Source: Dicyema japonicum | Taxonomy: Eukaryota > Animalia > Dicyemida | Length of the DNA stretch: 63,921 nt | Direction: 5' to 3' | Assembly: GCA_011109175.1 (NCBI GenBank) | Contig: RDEW01000003.1 | Span: forward strand, 913,071 to 976,991 | Shown here: positions 63,146-63,921 of the stretch, piece after piece | Layout of the letters: each line of letters begins with the position of its first letter | Position numbering within the stretch: position 1 is the stretch's first letter | Position numbers and translations under genes: made by a program | Notes under the pieces: model-generated | Told to the model about the DNA's origin: nothing | Seen by the model: the letters and a program-made list of their open reading frames with translations, nothing else | Database searches by the model: none

Positions 63146-63921
63146 AATAAACTCAAGATGGATGAATTCTTACCTCAAAGTAATTTTCGCATTTAAAGTG
63201 TTGCTAAAGGAAGTAATGTTGCCAGGAAGTTCAGTGACAATAAAGATTCGACCAAGCTAACTCGAACAGCATGGAATCCGATTACTCCTAGGAAATCGAC
63301 CTCGGATTTTGGAATGCAGACTAATGGACCACCAGTGTCCTCTGTTGACTGTGGGTCCCAAACACAGTCAGTAAGTCAATCAACCAATCCAAAAAATCCG
63401 AATGGACGGGAATATCCCACGGTAGACAAAAATATTCAGGAAGAGGAACGTTTTCATAATATTGTTGACAATTATCTAAAAATGTTAAAAACATAACAAG
63501 AACAAAGAAGGATGCTGAGTTTTTACGTGGCCTGGTAGCGCTCCTATGAAGAGAGGACAGCCACCAAATAAATCAGATATAACTAGGATTAGAGAGTCAC
63601 TCCGGGTTACAAAAATTCCCAAAACGTTTAAAATATATAGCAATGCTTTTTCGGTAATGTTCCCAGTTATATTTGTCAGATCATAGCGTACAGAGCAGGC
63701 TTGACCTCTAATGGAGCTACGTTGAGTTTATTAAGGATTGGTAGACGATCAATAACAAAATCACTTAACGTAATCGGTCGTTCCAAAAATTGATGAACAG
63801 ATTCAGATATTAACGCCATTCCCAAATGATCCCAGGCACTTAGAAAATAGTGATTCGGGGTCGAGGACATCACAACAGAAAACCCGGAAGACACAGACAT
63901 ATCTTTCAAAACAAGGCCGTA

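Noticed and set aside
1-63921. CRISPR arrays, rRNA genes, LTR retrotransposons or prokaryotic operons
   Set aside because: No regularly spaced repeat-spacer array, rRNA signature, paired LTRs or intron-less prokaryotic gene clusters were seen. Most 60-100 aa ORFs in the track are antisense or exon fragments.

Overview
AT-rich eukaryotic nuclear DNA from a compact, intron-miniaturised metazoan. Most GT-AG introns I could resolve are 22-29 nt. DAPK and SSDP point to an animal. A dicyemid-like mesozoan parasite fits best, but this is inference only. Nine spliced host genes are recognisable: LIN9, UPF1, symplekin, ALG13, DAPK, MICU2/3, SSDP/SSBP, ERO1 and TRM7/FTSJ1. The window also has two complete and one gap-truncated U2 snRNA genes and one tRNA-Asp(GTC). 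Intergenic space is largely transposon debris: more than a dozen CRE-like (RLE) non-LTR fragments, a near-complete R4/Dong-like element, RTE and I/Jockey-like LINE fragments, and two tRNA-derived SINE families. The most notable structures are (i) a 2987-bp Charlie-type hAT element with perfect TIRs and an 8-bp TSD enclosing three unrelated retroelement fragments; (ii) an indel-free four-block U2 promoter plus a histone-stem-loop-like hairpin just past the U2 3' end; (iii) tiny 3n introns that nearly always carry in-frame stops; and (iv) an 85-bp bidirectional ERO1/TRM7 promoter. Assembly caveats: single-base homopolymer under-calls create frameshifts in genes, and single-N gaps after 47 kb are flanked by near-identical duplications. 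All annotations were made by eye, and exon and transposon boundaries are approximate.
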